Positions 36,101-49,732 of a stretch of DNA of 64,000 nucleotides are shown here, one piece after another. Each line of letters starts with the position of its first letter. The first letter of the stretch is position 1. The DNA comes from Anthoceros angustus. Its lineage: Eukaryota > Plantae > Anthocerotophyta. Location: positions 372,001 through 436,000 of the forward strand of contig MU008155.1 in assembly GCA_010909165.1 (NCBI GenBank), read 5' to 3'. Position numbers and translations under genes: made by a program. Under the pieces are notes generated by a model that worked only from the letters and a program-made list of their open reading frames with translations, did not search any database and was not told the origin of the DNA.

Positions 36101-36268
36101 GCTGCTCAATTCCGCCGCCCGTATGGACCTCCGCAGCCGCTGGCTCACCCGGCGCGGCGCATTCCCGGAACCCTCTCCCGCGGCTGCCAAGGAGGAGGAA
36201 GCAGCCAGCCCGAAATCCGCAGCGCACGCGGGAGCAACCGCAGCCGCAGCTGCAAACGAGGCCGCCAT
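33196..36268 (-). CDS. FLVB: Chloroplast flavodiiron protein, Flv3/FLVB type (metallo-beta-lactamase + flavodoxin + flavin reductase; multi-exon)
   Basis: Transit peptide; [25 protein letters not shown]; intact di-iron motif HTEPDH; PNLHWPDTM; CDAFGMHY; ATGHGP; C-terminus HHRKIGNYY. Confidence 0.9.
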
Positions 36269-36639
36269 GACTGGCGTTTTAGAGCCACAAGTCACGCTCT
36301 TGATAGCAGCATTCACGCTTCACCAACCGGTACTGACACCCACCACGCTTATGTATGTACACTCAATGTCGATGTACATGTAAGAGCGTATTATCTAGGT
36401 ATGTACTCCATAATAATATAACTTGTTTTAGTAGATAAATTGAATATTTATATTTCACTCAATTTTAGGGGACCTACGAGAGCCTTACAACCTTACAACA
36501 GTGACTCATTTTACACTAAAAAAACCAAAACCGATACATTGCAAACATAGATGAGATAGTAGGCAGGCCTAAGGACTTACTCCTTACTACTAAGGACTTA
36601 GAGGGCTTTACAAGAGTAACCCTTGTCGGTACAAAGATT

Positions 36640-37225
36640 GTGTATACCAGCAACCCTTGTAAATGAGATGACAAGAATTGTATACATGAGTAGTCCTTGT
36701 AGGCGAGACAATAGAGGTTGTGTATATATCAGCAGTCCTTGCAGGCAAGATAATAGAGATCGTACATCAATGGTCCATTGTGAGATCATATATGAGGCAA
36801 ACCCTAATGACTTTGTAGACCTTGTGGGCGAGACAGCAAACTCATGAGCGAGACAACAGACTCATGGACGAGACAATAGACAGCAAACTCGTGAGCGAGA
36901 CAACAGACTCATGGACGAGACAACAGATTCATGGGCGAGACAACAGACTCGTCGATGAGACAACAGAAATCGTATATCAAGCGGCCCCAAAGGATTGGTA
37001 GTAGAGATATTATATCAAGTGGTCCTACAAGCTTCACAAATCATAAGATTCATATGTGAGACAGACCCTAATGACCTTAGGGCAAAAGCCCTTGTAGGCA
37101 AAACAACAAACTCGTATGACGAGACAATAGGGTCGTGGACGAGACAACATAAAGCATATATCAAGGGTCCAAAGATTGGTAGCAGAGATCTTATGTCAAG
37201 TGGTCCTACATGCTTCACAAATCAT
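36640..37225. repeat. Degenerate repeat tract with a 20-21-bp core gagacaacagactcatg
   Basis: Multiple direct repeats at 36828-36970 plus longer degenerate units. Confidence 0.7.
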
Positions 37226-37505
37226 TAGAGAATATGAAACCAAATGTCTAAACATTTCAAGATGTCTAGTTTTTTCAAGTCCCACCAAACCAACCTGCAT
37301 CTAAGCACATGTACATATGAGCTTGGAAGAGCATAGTTTCTTCCGGTTGAGATGTTACGATGTGTGTGAGAACATAGGGGAATCAGAACCCTTGCTAAAG
37401 ATTTCTCTCCAGGGTTTGTTTTGATTTATTTTTAAAAGATCAAATTAAAAACATATAGGAAATTGAATTACACCCAGAGCAACGAATGTAGGTACAGTGC
37501 ACTGT

Positions 37506-38568
37506 TCAGCCGTGATACGTGTGAGCAATGTGGAGAAGGTGCTGATGCAGCTCTTGAGGCCTAGAGAAGAAGGGGCTGTGATCCGTATCGATGTCCAGAA
37601 CCTGGGCGGGAGGACTTCCCTCGATCATCCAGTCTTGAATTATTTGTGGTATCACATCATCCTGAAGCAGCCGGATGAACACCCTGGGAACACTCCCGTA
37701 GCGCTCCGGGGTGTGCTTGATAGCCAACTCCTCAATGGCTAGGTAAGGAGCGGGCTTGAGCAAACTCTCAGCCAAAATGACTGTCTGCGTTCACCAGCAT
37801 TTAATGTTATGCCATCGACCGACTCCACCCCACAATTGCAAATTGCAGGCATCTTTGCCGCTCCACAGTGGAGGTTCGTTACCTCTGTGGGACACAAATT
37901 GTAGAAAGGCCGGGAGGAATGGATCATCCCCGTGGTCGGGAGCCTGTCGTGCCCGTCAGGGAATGTCACAAGCTTCCCCTCCTTCCGGCGTCTAGGAGTC
38001 TCTGTGAATATCTGCCAATGCGCAAGAGCAGCAAGGCTTGGCAAATCGGATCCAGCTGAGTGCAACAACCTCAGCTGCCGACAGTCTGAATGAGGTCCTG
38101 GTAGGATCTACCTTCGATACGAACTCCACATCCTGACTTGGAAACATGAAGGAAGAGACGTAGACAGTTGCACAGATTTTGTGCGCGAAGTGCTCCGACA
38201 CGTAAGCGGCTACGGATCCGCCATAGCTGTGAGCTACCACGATAACCTGGAGAGTGGAAATCACAGGGATCATATTGCTTGCAATCAAGCAGGAGAATGG
38301 TAAGACCTAAATGTTCAAGAGCTTGCAAGGCAAGGTTGCAGCCATCCATCACCTGCTCTTCCTCAGGTAGGGCTTCAAGGAAGTTGACGACATTGCTGGA
38401 CAGCTGCGCGAGAGTGGTGATTGTTGCGGGATCTGTGTCATCCCTCCCTTGCCCAGGATTGTCTATGGCTGTGGCCCTGTGGCCATCCCTCTGCAGCAGA
38501 TCTATTGTCTTGTACCAAGCCCATGCGCCATGACAAACGCCGTGCACGAGGAGGAAATGTGCCCCCAT
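37506..38568 (-). CDS. MES/SABP2-family alpha/beta-hydrolase methylesterase, paralogue 1
   Basis: HFLLVHGVCHGAWAWYK, VAHSYGG nucleophile, YGSVPRVFI, QDDVIP, DHSPFFSRP. Confidence 0.9.
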
Positions 38569-39374
38569 AGCCAGAAGCAGATTTTCACGCTTTCCAGGGG
38601 CGAGAAGAGGCTTCAACGGGTGCCATGCACAACAACTACTATAATTTGCCTCGGATTTGGATTACAGCCAGCCGAATGTACCAAAGCTCTTTTCACTTCG
38701 GATGTACCGTTACATACACTTGCATACTCTGTTCCCTGGCATGTGGACATTCTGTTCTTCACATGGAACAAGAGTACTCTGCTGAACATGTAAAGAGTAC
38801 CAAACCTGTGAAACGCATTAGATTCAGAGGTCACCTTCAAGGGTGCCAGGCTGCCACAGATGGTGCACGCCTCAATAACAGCGCTGTAGACAACCACGGT
38901 ACACAAAAGCATCTGATTATCACCTGGGTATCTCGAATCCCTCCATCATAACCTGCTTCTGTACTGGGCAGCAATGAAGTGTTCAATGTGATTGGATAGC
39001 ATAATTGGGTCGAAGTGGGGTAGTAACCACATGCATTGCCACATGTACCTCCTCAACGGGATCCTGACGGCATTTTCTTTACCACACATGGCAGGTGCAA
39101 ACAATGACGCTTTACAAGCACATATTCCAGGCAACGATCAGACCCACGTGTGGGAGACGGGTTTGCAAGCTTTGCTCGCTGGCTGACAGTATCAAAAAGA
39201 AGGGAAAAGCAAAGTAAAGGACTCGTGGTGTACATATGTATACTTTCGGTATCGGCGGCAGTTCTCCGAAGAACCACCTTGCAGCCTGGAAGTGGCTTAC
39301 ATACACATGACGAGGTCTTGTGGGAAACCTCAAACTCTTGCTGACCATGGAAGCCTTTGGTAATACACAGGGAT

Positions 39375-42300
39375 TTAGGTAGATGGAGGCCGGCCAAAAC
39401 CAAGCCCTTCTTCCACCACGGCATTCATGTCAATCGAGCGTTCACGCAAGATGTCGTCCCAGTAAACACTGCTTCCAATTTGCATGATCCTTTGTTCAAC
39501 CTCTTCAAAAGCTTGCCCTGGGGTAAGCTCCAGTTGGCCTTTCTTCAAGACAGTGACCTTGAATCCTTCGTTCTTGGCTTCGTCATAGAGCTCCTGCAAC
39601 GATCAACAAAAATCCATGTTAGCAGAGTGTAAATGTTATGGACAGGCAACAGGCTAGGCATTCTGGGAACAAATACCTTTGGCGGTACTGGGACAAGCTC
39701 TGCTGCAGCCGCCTCCTGTGACTGAGACTTCATCATGTACAGAAACTGAGTTGCATCTGTGCGATCCTGGAAAGCAATCGTGTGTGGTAGCTTTGAAATT
39801 TTTCCCGTTCCTTGCATACTTGGAGCCATGTCTAGCGAGTACATGCCTTCCGCAGTCTGACCATTCCGCTCTGTTTGGATGCCTATGCACTGCAAACCCA
39901 CTTGTTACTAAAGAGGCCAGGCCAAGGTAGCCCTTCCTCATCTGAGGTAACAGGATGCAGGGTTTGACGAACTTACCACAACAAAGGGAAGATCGAGCCA
40001 CCACAATTCATCTTCCTTTTGTGGTTTATACTCCGAATACTTGGCCACCATGGCCTCCTGACCAAACATTTCCCTCTGCTTGTTGATCTTTTCTTTGGTC
40101 TTTTCAAAAGCCTCCTTTGCATACTTCTTCTGACCTTCGACCCCCTGTGACAGCAATGTCTGTGCTCTATGGATTTCGTCCTCAGTTATCCACCTATCCA
40201 AATCCTGTCCAATCTCTTGTATCAAAGATTTGGTTTCTGGACTCTTCTCGCTATCATATTTCCTTTGCAGCTCTTGACTCCACTTCTTAGTATGCTGCCA
40301 ATTCTCCTCACTCTCCTTCTGCGGCTTTCCACTTACAGTAACAACAGTACCTTTACCACTACTGGATGAAGGGTCTGGTGACTCCACGGCCTTCTTTGAG
40401 GTTTCCGCTTGGTAACCTGTCCCTTTATTGCCCCTGTCAGCATCTTTCAAGCCCCTCTCTCTATTGATGTCCTTGTTTGATAGGCCTATGGTTGGGACAT
40501 CGCTGAGGGGCTGCGGCCGAGGCGAAGAGCTAGCCGGTGCAGATGACGCTGCAGAGCCTGAAGCCTTCCGTGCAGCTTGGAGTATTTTTGATCGTTCTGC
40601 AGTAAACTTTTCCAACAGCTCTGACCTTCCCTGACTGGGGTCCTTCCATCTCGCCATGAATTTTTCAGGTGGATCGTCCACACTGATGGGTCCTGGAAGC
40701 ACACACCAGGTTTAGCAATGGCCTCCAAACTTGTGTGTTGACAACAATATATTGAAACTCCAGCACCACATTTAGGCTGCAAAAAGACTTATCCCTACCC
40801 TCACCTTGTCCGTAATCCAAATTCTCCACCCGTTCTTCAATCCATTTCTTAACCACGTCACCTTCTCTCTCAAACTTTCTTTCCAAGCCTTTGAAGAACA
40901 ATGCTTCCGCATCAGAATCAAGGCCCTCGAATGGCTGACGCCCAGCTTTCTCATTGGCCTGCACTTTAAAGACAATCTCCCTCAAAACGTCATCTCTCAT
41001 CCACTCTTCTTCCTCTTTCTCATCTGCAGTCTGCTTCACTTGCTGGCTCTGTCCTACTGCATCTTTTTGCTCTGGTGTGCCAGAAGAACTTCCATCGGAC
41101 TGGTCCTTTGAGCTCTCAGATTTCTTCAAGGCTTCGATTCTATCATGTGTCTTGGCCATGTTGTCCAACACTGTATCCAACACCGATTCCAACTTGGACC
41201 ACCTGTCACTAACCCCAGTTTCCTCACCCTCTTCTGCCCGCAATATCCTCTCATCCGAGAACTCCTTCTCAGCAGAGGGGACTCTATTCCCAGATCCTTG
41301 TGAGGAATCAATACCTGCTGCCGAACTGCTTAACCGTTTGACACGTCCAACTTTCTCCCCCATTGAATCTTTCGATGGCAAGCCATCATCTTGCCTACTA
41401 GCCTTCCTAGCAGCAAGTCTCGCTTTTGCTTCATCAACAGAAATAATAACCTTAGGTCTGGATGCCCGTGCTGCAGCACGAAGACGACTAACTGATGCTG
41501 GATTCCGACCAGTACCGTCACTTCCCACATTAGGAGACGATGTCGTGGGCTCAGATTCAGTCGTATACTCAACTTGGCCATAAGTTTCTCCAAAATCTTC
41601 AGACCTCAAGCTTCCATAGATTGCTCCATTCAAGGGTGGTCCAGTCCCAGCCTGTTTTGAATGTTCCCCGCTTTCATGGAAAGATTCATCTGACCCAAAA
41701 GAAGGACCTTCTCCACCCACTATGTCATTAACCACACCCTTCATGTGACTTGTGTCAGCCAAGGGTGTAATTGGATCCGTCTTGCCGGAGTCACTCCATA
41801 ATTCTGCACCAAAGCGATGTACGTCATACAGCCGATCAGCGAGAATCTTCAGGTCATCTTCACTCACAGTTTGCCCTGCGCCAACCAAAACCCCTGTTCG
41901 GCTTGGTTACCCACCCCCTACAAAGCAGGAAGTCAAATGATTGACATCCAGGAGCTCAAAAAGCAAAGAGGATCACTCTCACTGTCAAGATGGGATTTTA
42001 GATTGACTTGCTGAAATGTGGGCAGTAGACACGAACTACTTCACCAGCACAGACAAAACTGACCAAAGCTCTCGAAGAGTTGGACAGAACTGATCATGGA
42101 AACAGAAAGACGCTCAGGCAAAAGAGGACTCTTCCGAAAAGGACAGTCGCACTAAACGTGACTCTTTCTGCAGCTACAAGGGCTTAAAACATCAAATTGG
42201 ATGTCTCTTACGTAAGATGGCAAAAGAGGACTTTGTGCTAACCCAGATCTGCTGTATCGTCCAGGTCGGTGTTTTCAACATCCAACGACATCGGATTCGT

Positions 42301-43713
42301 TGGTCCACCAGCCTTCCCGTTGGCCATAGCCGGAGACACACTTGGCCTACCGTTCCTGACCACCTCCTTAGATTGATTCGCGTGGACATCAACAACTCCA
42401 TCAACGCCATCACCAGCTCCGTCACGAACTCCATCAGCTTTCTCATTCCCTTTCCTAGATTCTAGCCTCTCCTTCTCTGACAGCCTTACTTGCCTTGCCA
42501 TTTCCTGAATTTGAGCAACCTTCCTCTTAAACTCCTCCCCCTCCACGAAGGGCCTGAACCTATGCAAACCTTCAGCATCCCCAGATCCCTGACTCGTCCC
42601 AGCAGCTGGCTCAAAGGATGTCCTGGCTGCAGTCTGTCCTGAACTGGACCCTTCCAGGCCCTCTTCGTCTTTGCCACGAGCCTTCATTTCTCTCATCTTC
42701 ATCATTCTATCATCGGATTCCTTTTCCTTACTGTCATCCTGCTCCTTCTCCAGCTCGTCAGCAACAAGCACGCGGGCTCCCCATGCCACCAAGAACATGT
42801 ACACAAACAAGAAACCGAAGAAGGTCTGCCTCACCAGAGGAGGAGTCCTCAACACCAGATCCCCAGCCTGACCAACAACGCCCACAAGACCCCCGAGAAG
42901 ACGACCCCCAGCAGTGCCTGCCAATGGCACCTCCTTCTTGAACTCAAACAGAGTGCTCCCTGTGGGAGGCTCTCTCAGCCCCTGCTCAATCTCCCTCGCT
43001 ATAACATTAGCCCTAGCAAGCCTCAAATCAGCTTCCACCCTCCCTTCCGAATCATCCAACCGAGGCATTCCGGGTTCCAGCCCACTTCTCAGAAGGATCT
43101 CGTCCTCGTTTATCTCCACTTTGGTCACCTGACCATCCGCATTCTGGTACACTCTGAAAATGGCGCTCGTCCCAACACCCCAAAACTCAATATCCTTCAT
43201 ATACATCTGCTGCGTCTCCTTCAGTCTCTGCAGCGTCCTCAGGAACTGAACCTTCACCTTCCCCCAATCAGTCCCGTCCTCCTTCCCACCTTCAAACAAG
43301 GCATCGATCCCAGCAGCCTCAGATTCGTCCAAAACTTCTGCCTTCACCCGCTGAGCATCAACAGACCCTGATTTCCCCTCCTGAGCATCACTCAACTCTG
43401 CCGTCCCCTTCTGAACATCGATCGGCTCCCCCTTACCCGCCTCTGCCCTGACAGCCACCCCACCAGCCCGCCTCAACGATATCCTTGGGCTGGCAAAAGC
43501 AGCTCTTCTCCGCCCGCCTCTGCAGAAAACCAAGCACTGAACTGCCCCCACATTCCTACACCTTCTAATCCTACTGCTGCTACAAAAAAGGTCCCTGCCC
43601 GCAAAAGCAGGCCTCCGCAGAGACATGGGAGCGGAGATAATCACAACACCCATCCCGGGTGCACTTGCAGCTTCTTCTAAAGCACCAACGGCTGTCAAGG
43701 ACGTGGACAACAT
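39375..43713 (-). CDS. EMB1703: EMBRYO DEFECTIVE 1703-like plastid protein (multi-exon; start may be 43653)
   Basis: WGVGTSAIFRVY, EWMRDDVLREIVFKVQANEKAGRQPF, IGQDLDRWITEDE, DELWWLDLPFV, GMYSLDM, HTIAFQD, FEEVEQRIMQIGSSVYWDDILRERSIDM. Confidence 0.78.
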
Positions 43714-43808
43714 CCTTGCAGACAGGGAAAGATCATGGGCAAGGGGAAGATATTCAGAATCTCGCTGGCTAGCCTGGACGTCTAAAACCCCTCATGCAAG
43801 CGGTCGAA

Positions 43809-43822
43809 AAACCCTAAACCCT
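43809..43822 (+). promoter_or_regulatory. Telo-box (AAACCCTA) in the short bidirectional promoter between EMB1703-like and TRM4
   Basis: aaaccctaaaccct; start codons only ~325 bp apart, head to head. Confidence 0.55.
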
Positions 43823-44037
43823 CCGACGCAGGGTTCAGGCTGAGGCTGCAAGATTGTGGCCATGGTGGAAAGTGAGGCTGCCGAGTTGCTATCTTGAACT
43901 GTGCGGGAACTCTCTGTTGGGTTTTGTCGGGTTTCGCAGAATTCTGCTGGGTTTTGTTGGACATTGTTGGGTTTTTGCTGGGCGTTCTCGGGTTTTGCTG
44001 GGTTCAGGAATCTTGACGTCTGCAAAGTGTGTCCGTG

Positions 44038-46762
44038 ATGGGAGGAGGGCGAGGGAGGGGAAGGGGCAACAAGCGGGGGCGGACACAGAGGCGAGATTTC
44101 AAGGACGGCCGGGCAAACGAGTGGAAGAAGTCCAAGGTTGAGAACGATGGCGATGCAGCCGCCAAGGGATGGGAACCGTTCGTGCTGGAGAGCTTGGCTT
44201 TCGAGCTCTACTACAAAAAGCAAGGGATCGTGGAAGACGAGGAATGGGATGAATTCATGGCCACTCTACGGACGCCGCTCCCCACCACATTCAGGATCAA
44301 TGCAATCGGGCAATTTGCTAGCGACATCAGGACGCAGCTGCAGAGGGATTTCTACGAGCGTCTTAAAGACGGTGTGGATGCCGGGGACGAGGAGGGGGGA
44401 GGCGGGGTGGTGCACCCGATCCGCCCTCTGGCATGGTATCCTCACGACCTGGCATGGCAGCTTGGATACTCCCGCACCCAGCTGCGGAGAGTGCCGATTC
44501 TGGAGAAGATTCACGAGTTCCTGAAACGCGAAAACGAGATTGGGAGCATCACGCGGCAGGAGGCTGTGAGCATGGTGCCTCCCCTGCTGCTGGATGTGCA
44601 GCCTCATCACCGGGTCCTGGACATGTGCGCTGCTCCGGGCTCCAAGACTTTCCAGCTGCTGGAGATGGTGCACAGCACTGTCGGGCCGGGGGAGATTCCT
44701 CAGGGCATGGTCATCGCGAATGACTCTGATGTGCAGCGCTGCCACCTGCTGGTCCATCAGACCAAGCGGATGTGCAGCCCGAACATCCTTGTCACGAACC
44801 ATGAGGCCCAGCGGTTTCCCGGGTTGAAGGGCGCGGATGGCGGGCTTATGTTCGATCGCATTCTGTGCGATGTACCTTGTAGTGGAGATGGGACAGTGAG
44901 GAAGGCACCTGATATCTGGAAGAAGTGGAATGCAGGAGTGGCGAACGGGTTGCACCGACTCCAGGTTCAGATTGCTATGCGAGGAGTTGCATTGCTCAAG
45001 GTTGGTGGGGTTCTGGTGTACTCGACATGTTCCCTGAACCCCATCGAGGATGAGGCTGTTGTGAGCGCCATATTGAGGGAGAGTGGGGGCAGCATGGAGC
45101 TCCTGGACATGTCTGATGCGCTCCCGGAGTTGAAGAGGAGACCTGGAATGAAGTCGTGGAGAGTTAGAGATCATGGGCTGTGGCTCAGTTCTGCTTCCCA
45201 GGTCAACATGCACAGAGCAGGGAACGTTGTTGCGACCATGTTCCCCTCTGGACGAGGGTTTGTCAGAGATGCTGCTGACAATTTTGTAGAAAAGATACCT
45301 AGGACTGAGGCCGATAATGGCAGTGGGGCTGCTGTTGATGGCGGCAATGAATCTCATATTGTGGACAGTCTAGAAGCGGGGGGGAACAGCAAAGATGCTC
45401 TCCAAGCAGGCTCTGTCAAGGGGTCAAGAGATGAGAAACGGGGAAGTGGTGGGGATAGGGAAGAAGAAGAACCTGAAAGTGAGGTGTCGGATTTGCCCCT
45501 GGAAAGATGCATGAGAATACTTCCTCACGATCAGGACACCGGTGGGTTCTTTATTGCAGTGTTGCGGAAGGTTTCTCCTTGGCAGCCCAATGCACAGAAG
45601 AGTTCTGAACAGTTCAATGCAAGAAAGCGGATAAGCACTCCAAAGGAGGATAATGGACTTGTTCCCGAGGTTGAAGCTGATGAAACTGGTGTGCACACCT
45701 GAACCTTAAGCTGCTTCCTTTTTTGGGTTACCCTCACCCAGTTTCTTTTTGTGACCCATGTTTCATGTCTCAGCTCAAGATCAGGCTGGAAGTCATCTGA
45801 GTCAGTTAGCAGTGACACCCGATGGCGAAGGTGGGACTGAGGGAGAGGGGCCTGCAACAGAAGAACTCCTTTCTTCAGCCCAGGAGCTCCAAGGTCCGCA
45901 TTCCTCTGAGGAAAACGGGGCAGTCAGTAAATCGCCGGGTCTCCTGGAGGGTGGTGCTGCTGTTGATAATGTAGTCGCTGTGCAGCCGGAGGGAAACACG
46001 GGAGCCAGCTTAGATGAAAAACCGAAGGGCAGGCTTCAGCAACAGGGAAGGTGGCGTGGTGTGGATCCTGTTGTTCTTCTACAAGACGAGGGGGTCATTA
46101 AATCTCTGAAAGACTATTACGGCATTAAAGATTCATTTCCGCTGCAGCGGAACCTCATCACTCGAAGTGAAGACAGCTCTCGGCTAAAGAGGATCTACTT
46201 CGTGGGAGATTCAGTCAGGAAAACCATTGAAGTGAATTTCTCATCAGGGCAGCCAATGAAGATCACCTCTGCTGGCCTTCAATTATTTGAACGGCAGCAG
46301 TCGACAGCAGCAGGAATATCACCCTGCCCCTTCAGAATAGTCTCAGAAGGTCTGCCCACATTGCTGCCGCATATGGGCAAGCAGATCGTCCAGTGCAGGT
46401 CGAGGAAGGATTTTGCAACCTTGCTACTCGGTAAGGGAATCCCTTTCCATGCCTTCGAAGACTCCTCATTCACTGCTGCCCTGCAAGACCTTCACATTGG
46501 ATGCTGTGTCATTACACTGGTTGAGCCCTCTGGAGAGCGTGCGGACACAGCCAGGCCGGGTGCAGCAGAAACTAGCCGTGCTTCAGTTGGCTGCTGGAGA
46601 GGAAGGCATACAGTGAACCTACTTGTATCCAAGGCAGAAGCTGGCCAAATGCTGGAGAGACTGTCTTTGGGTTCCACGGAAGAACACCCTTCCTGTCCTG
46701 TTCCTGCAGCTGCTGAGGAATTGGAAGATGCAGAGGAGGCAGAAGCAGTCGTGGCTGGGTGA
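44038..46762 (+). CDS. TRM4B: tRNA (cytosine-C5) methyltransferase TRM4/NSUN2; single intron 45689-45773
   Basis: RQEAVSMVPPL, LDMCAAPGSKT, DRILCDVPCSGDG, YSTCSLNPIEDEAVV, RILPHDQDTGGFFIAVL; the phase-1 intron joins the two ORFs. Confidence 0.94.
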
Positions 46763-46935
46763 TGCACATTAATGTACTACACCCAGCAGTGTGCCAAGCT
46801 AGCATCCACCGATTGAAAACAATGTATACAAGCTATATCACAATTGCAGCAGAAGATTGTCTGATGTCCGCAGTAGACGTAAATGCCCACAAACGGTTCC
46901 TCTGAACATCTATCAGACCAAGCTCTGAATGACAC

Positions 46936-47090
46936 CTGCAGCTCTGTGACCACTGGGTATTCGTCCATGTCCAGAAGGTTCTTGTTAAGGGACTCTGCCT
47001 TCAATAGAAACTCCTCATCCTGACTCGGAAAGAGGAGAAGCACGGCGGGAAGGCTGGCCGGCTCAGAGCCGGGAGGCCATGGCGAAGCCC
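46936..47090 (-). pseudogene. Glutamate decarboxylase gene fragment
   Basis: ESLNKNLLDMDEYPVVTELQ followed by a GT donor resembles GAD SINKNYVDMDEYPVTTELQ; rest of the gene absent. Confidence 0.65.
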
Positions 47091-47350
47091 ATGCCTGCTT
47101 CTTATGGCGAGTCCCAAACTGGCAATCGCAAGCGTGTGATTGACATGTAGAGGCTACGATTTCCCGCCATGTACAGGCTTGCCTATATAGGTGGTGAGCA
47201 GATTAGGTGATTCATATGGGCCTCAGGCTCGACTTTCCTCTTTCGTTGAGCCTTCCTTCTCCCCTTAACCCTTCCCTTGCCATGTTATCGTGGTTTTGGA
47301 TTCGGAACTGCAGCCATGCGTGCTACTTGTTTCCCTGTGACTTGCAAGAG

Positions 47351-49060
47351 ATGACATTATCGCCCGTGTGGGTGGGAAGCCGTGGCGGGCGTCGGGGTCG
47401 GGGCCGAGGGAGCCGGGCCGGCCGAGGCCACGTGGCAGGGCCCGCCCCTGCCATCGCGATTGGTGGTGCTGTTGGTACCGTCGCTGGTGGCCCACGGGTT
47501 TCTGCTGGGCATGGCGTTCCTACTCTTCCTGGAGGGTTTAGAGGAAGAGGTCCATGTCCTGGAGGCGGTAGAGGTGCTGGCGGGGAGAAGGGGATACTGA
47601 AGCCAGGTCGGGCCAAGATCGTGATCAAGCCCATCGCCAAGGACCACCAGCGCCAGACCACTTTCACAAAGCGCACAAAGGGGATAAGGAAGAAAGTGGA
47701 GGAGTTGGCGGTGTTGTGCGACCTCGATATATGTCTCATCTGTTACGGCGCCCCCACGAGTACCGGTATCGATAAGCAGAAAAATAATGGCAACAATAAT
47801 CTGTTCTGGGGGAAACCCAACGTGCAGCATGTGCTTCAGCGCTACAAAGCCATCCCCAAGGAAGAGCAGGACAAGAAAAAGACGGACAACACGTCTTTGT
47901 TGCAGATGTCCATCAAGAAGCTGGAACGCGAGCTGAAGCAGGTGGGATTCGGTTGATGCATGTGGGCGGGTGGGTTGGGAAACGTATGGTATGTCTTTCA
48001 CCTATGTGAAATGTATGTGTTTTCTTCATCTCGTGTGTATGTTATTTTTTCACCCTATGTGATGTATGGTATGTTTTTTTTTTTTCAGGTGCAGGAGTCA
48101 ACTGCTTTCATGCAAACTAACAGTGTGACCCAAGCTAATAATGGGTATTACCCGTTGGAGTATGAGGTATTGAAGCAGTATACTGTTGCACAGTTGTGGA
48201 ATTTGTTGTACGAGGTACAACAAAAGTGGGACATGGTGTATACAAAGCTGGAGCAGATGTGTCGAGTGAATAGTAATGCATGCGTGGGGCAAATGCCATC
48301 GGAGGTCGGGAAGGGGCAGTATTTACAGGCGCCGAGGGCTAGGGGTTTCGTAGGTGGAGAAAGCGCAGTGCTGGCCATGGAGTCGACTGGTGTGGATTCT
48401 GCAATAGCATTTAACATGCCCCAAAATTATTCTCGGATACCGCAGCACATACAGCAAGTACAGAGTTATCAATGGGAGAATCAGGCGGCACCTCCGCGTA
48501 ACTTAATGCCGCAGTATCAACACCAGGTTGTTCCTGAGAACATTCAGAATCAGAATGGGCCGGAACAGCAAAGCAGCCACATTCATGTGAATCATTACCA
48601 GCAGCACCAGCCGCATCCAAGCCAGCAGAGACAGGAATTAAATCGATATCAGAATCTTTTGAGCGGCCAATACCAGCAGCAGCAACAGCAACAGTTTCAT
48701 CCAAACATGCATGCACAACTCCGCTTGAACCAACATCAACCGCAAAACGTTTTCACCCAGCAGGAGCAGCTTCATGCGAACTTGCAAGCCCAGCAGAATC
48801 CGCTTTGCATGGACCACCATCAGCAGCACCAACAGCAAGACGGGTTACAATATCAGCTCCATGCAAACCAATTGGAACATGTACAGCATCAACAACAACA
48901 TCAGGAGGAACAGCAACACCAACATCAGCAGCATGAAGCAAACCAACATGAACAGCTGCTTCAGACTTGGCATCTTCAATCTCATCCAAGTATGAAGCGT
49001 AGTTTGCAAGAAGAGCAACAACCTCATGATCAACCAAGTCTCAAGCGTCTTCATTCTTAG
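47351..49060 (+). CDS. Type I (SRF-like) MADS-box transcription factor with Gly/Arg-rich N-extension and Q/H-rich C-terminus; intron 47942-48088
   Basis: GRAKIVIKPIAKDHQRQTTFTKRTKGIRKKVEELAVLCDLDICLICYG...WGKPNVQHVLQRY; in-frame GT-AG join. Confidence 0.85.
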
Positions 49061-49732
49061 CCAAGTACGAAGCGTAGTTCGCAAGAAGAGCTACAATTTC
49101 AGAGGAGTTTGAATCGTGGTTGGCATGAAGACCTAAAATCTTTGCCACTGTGAAGTTTGAAACAGGCTCGTCGAGAACACATTCAATATATGGATGAAAT
49201 GGCTTTGAAAATGTTGGATTACCCTAGTTAATGCCTTTGTTATAAGGTTTTCCTAGTTTGGCATTGGATATGCATGAAAGACGGGCCTTATAACGTAGTG
49301 GATTCAAAGAAATTGAGTTATGTGTGGAGTTCATTGTCCTTTAGGCTTTAGATCCTATCTATGACAAAAGATTGATAGTCACAAAAGGATGAGGTTTCCC
49401 ATACTTAATTCTGCAGATTTTTTTTTTTTGTGGAGGTAGGGTTATTTTTTATTTATTATTTTTTATACTTACATATACTCACATATTATTTTAAATTTTT
49501 TTAATAAAAACTGAAGAATATATTACTTCAGCTAGTTTAACTAAATTGAACAACTGAAAGGTATACGAATTCTGATTGTGCAAATTGGTTGTAAACACCT
49601 TAGTTTAGTTTAACCTCAATCATTTTGAAAGTAAAGGAAAGTAAAATAAAATAAAATAAAATAGTAAATGGTAAAAATAGAATAATGAATTATATTACAT
49701 GATATTCACCATACTATACTGGCGGTTCACAT

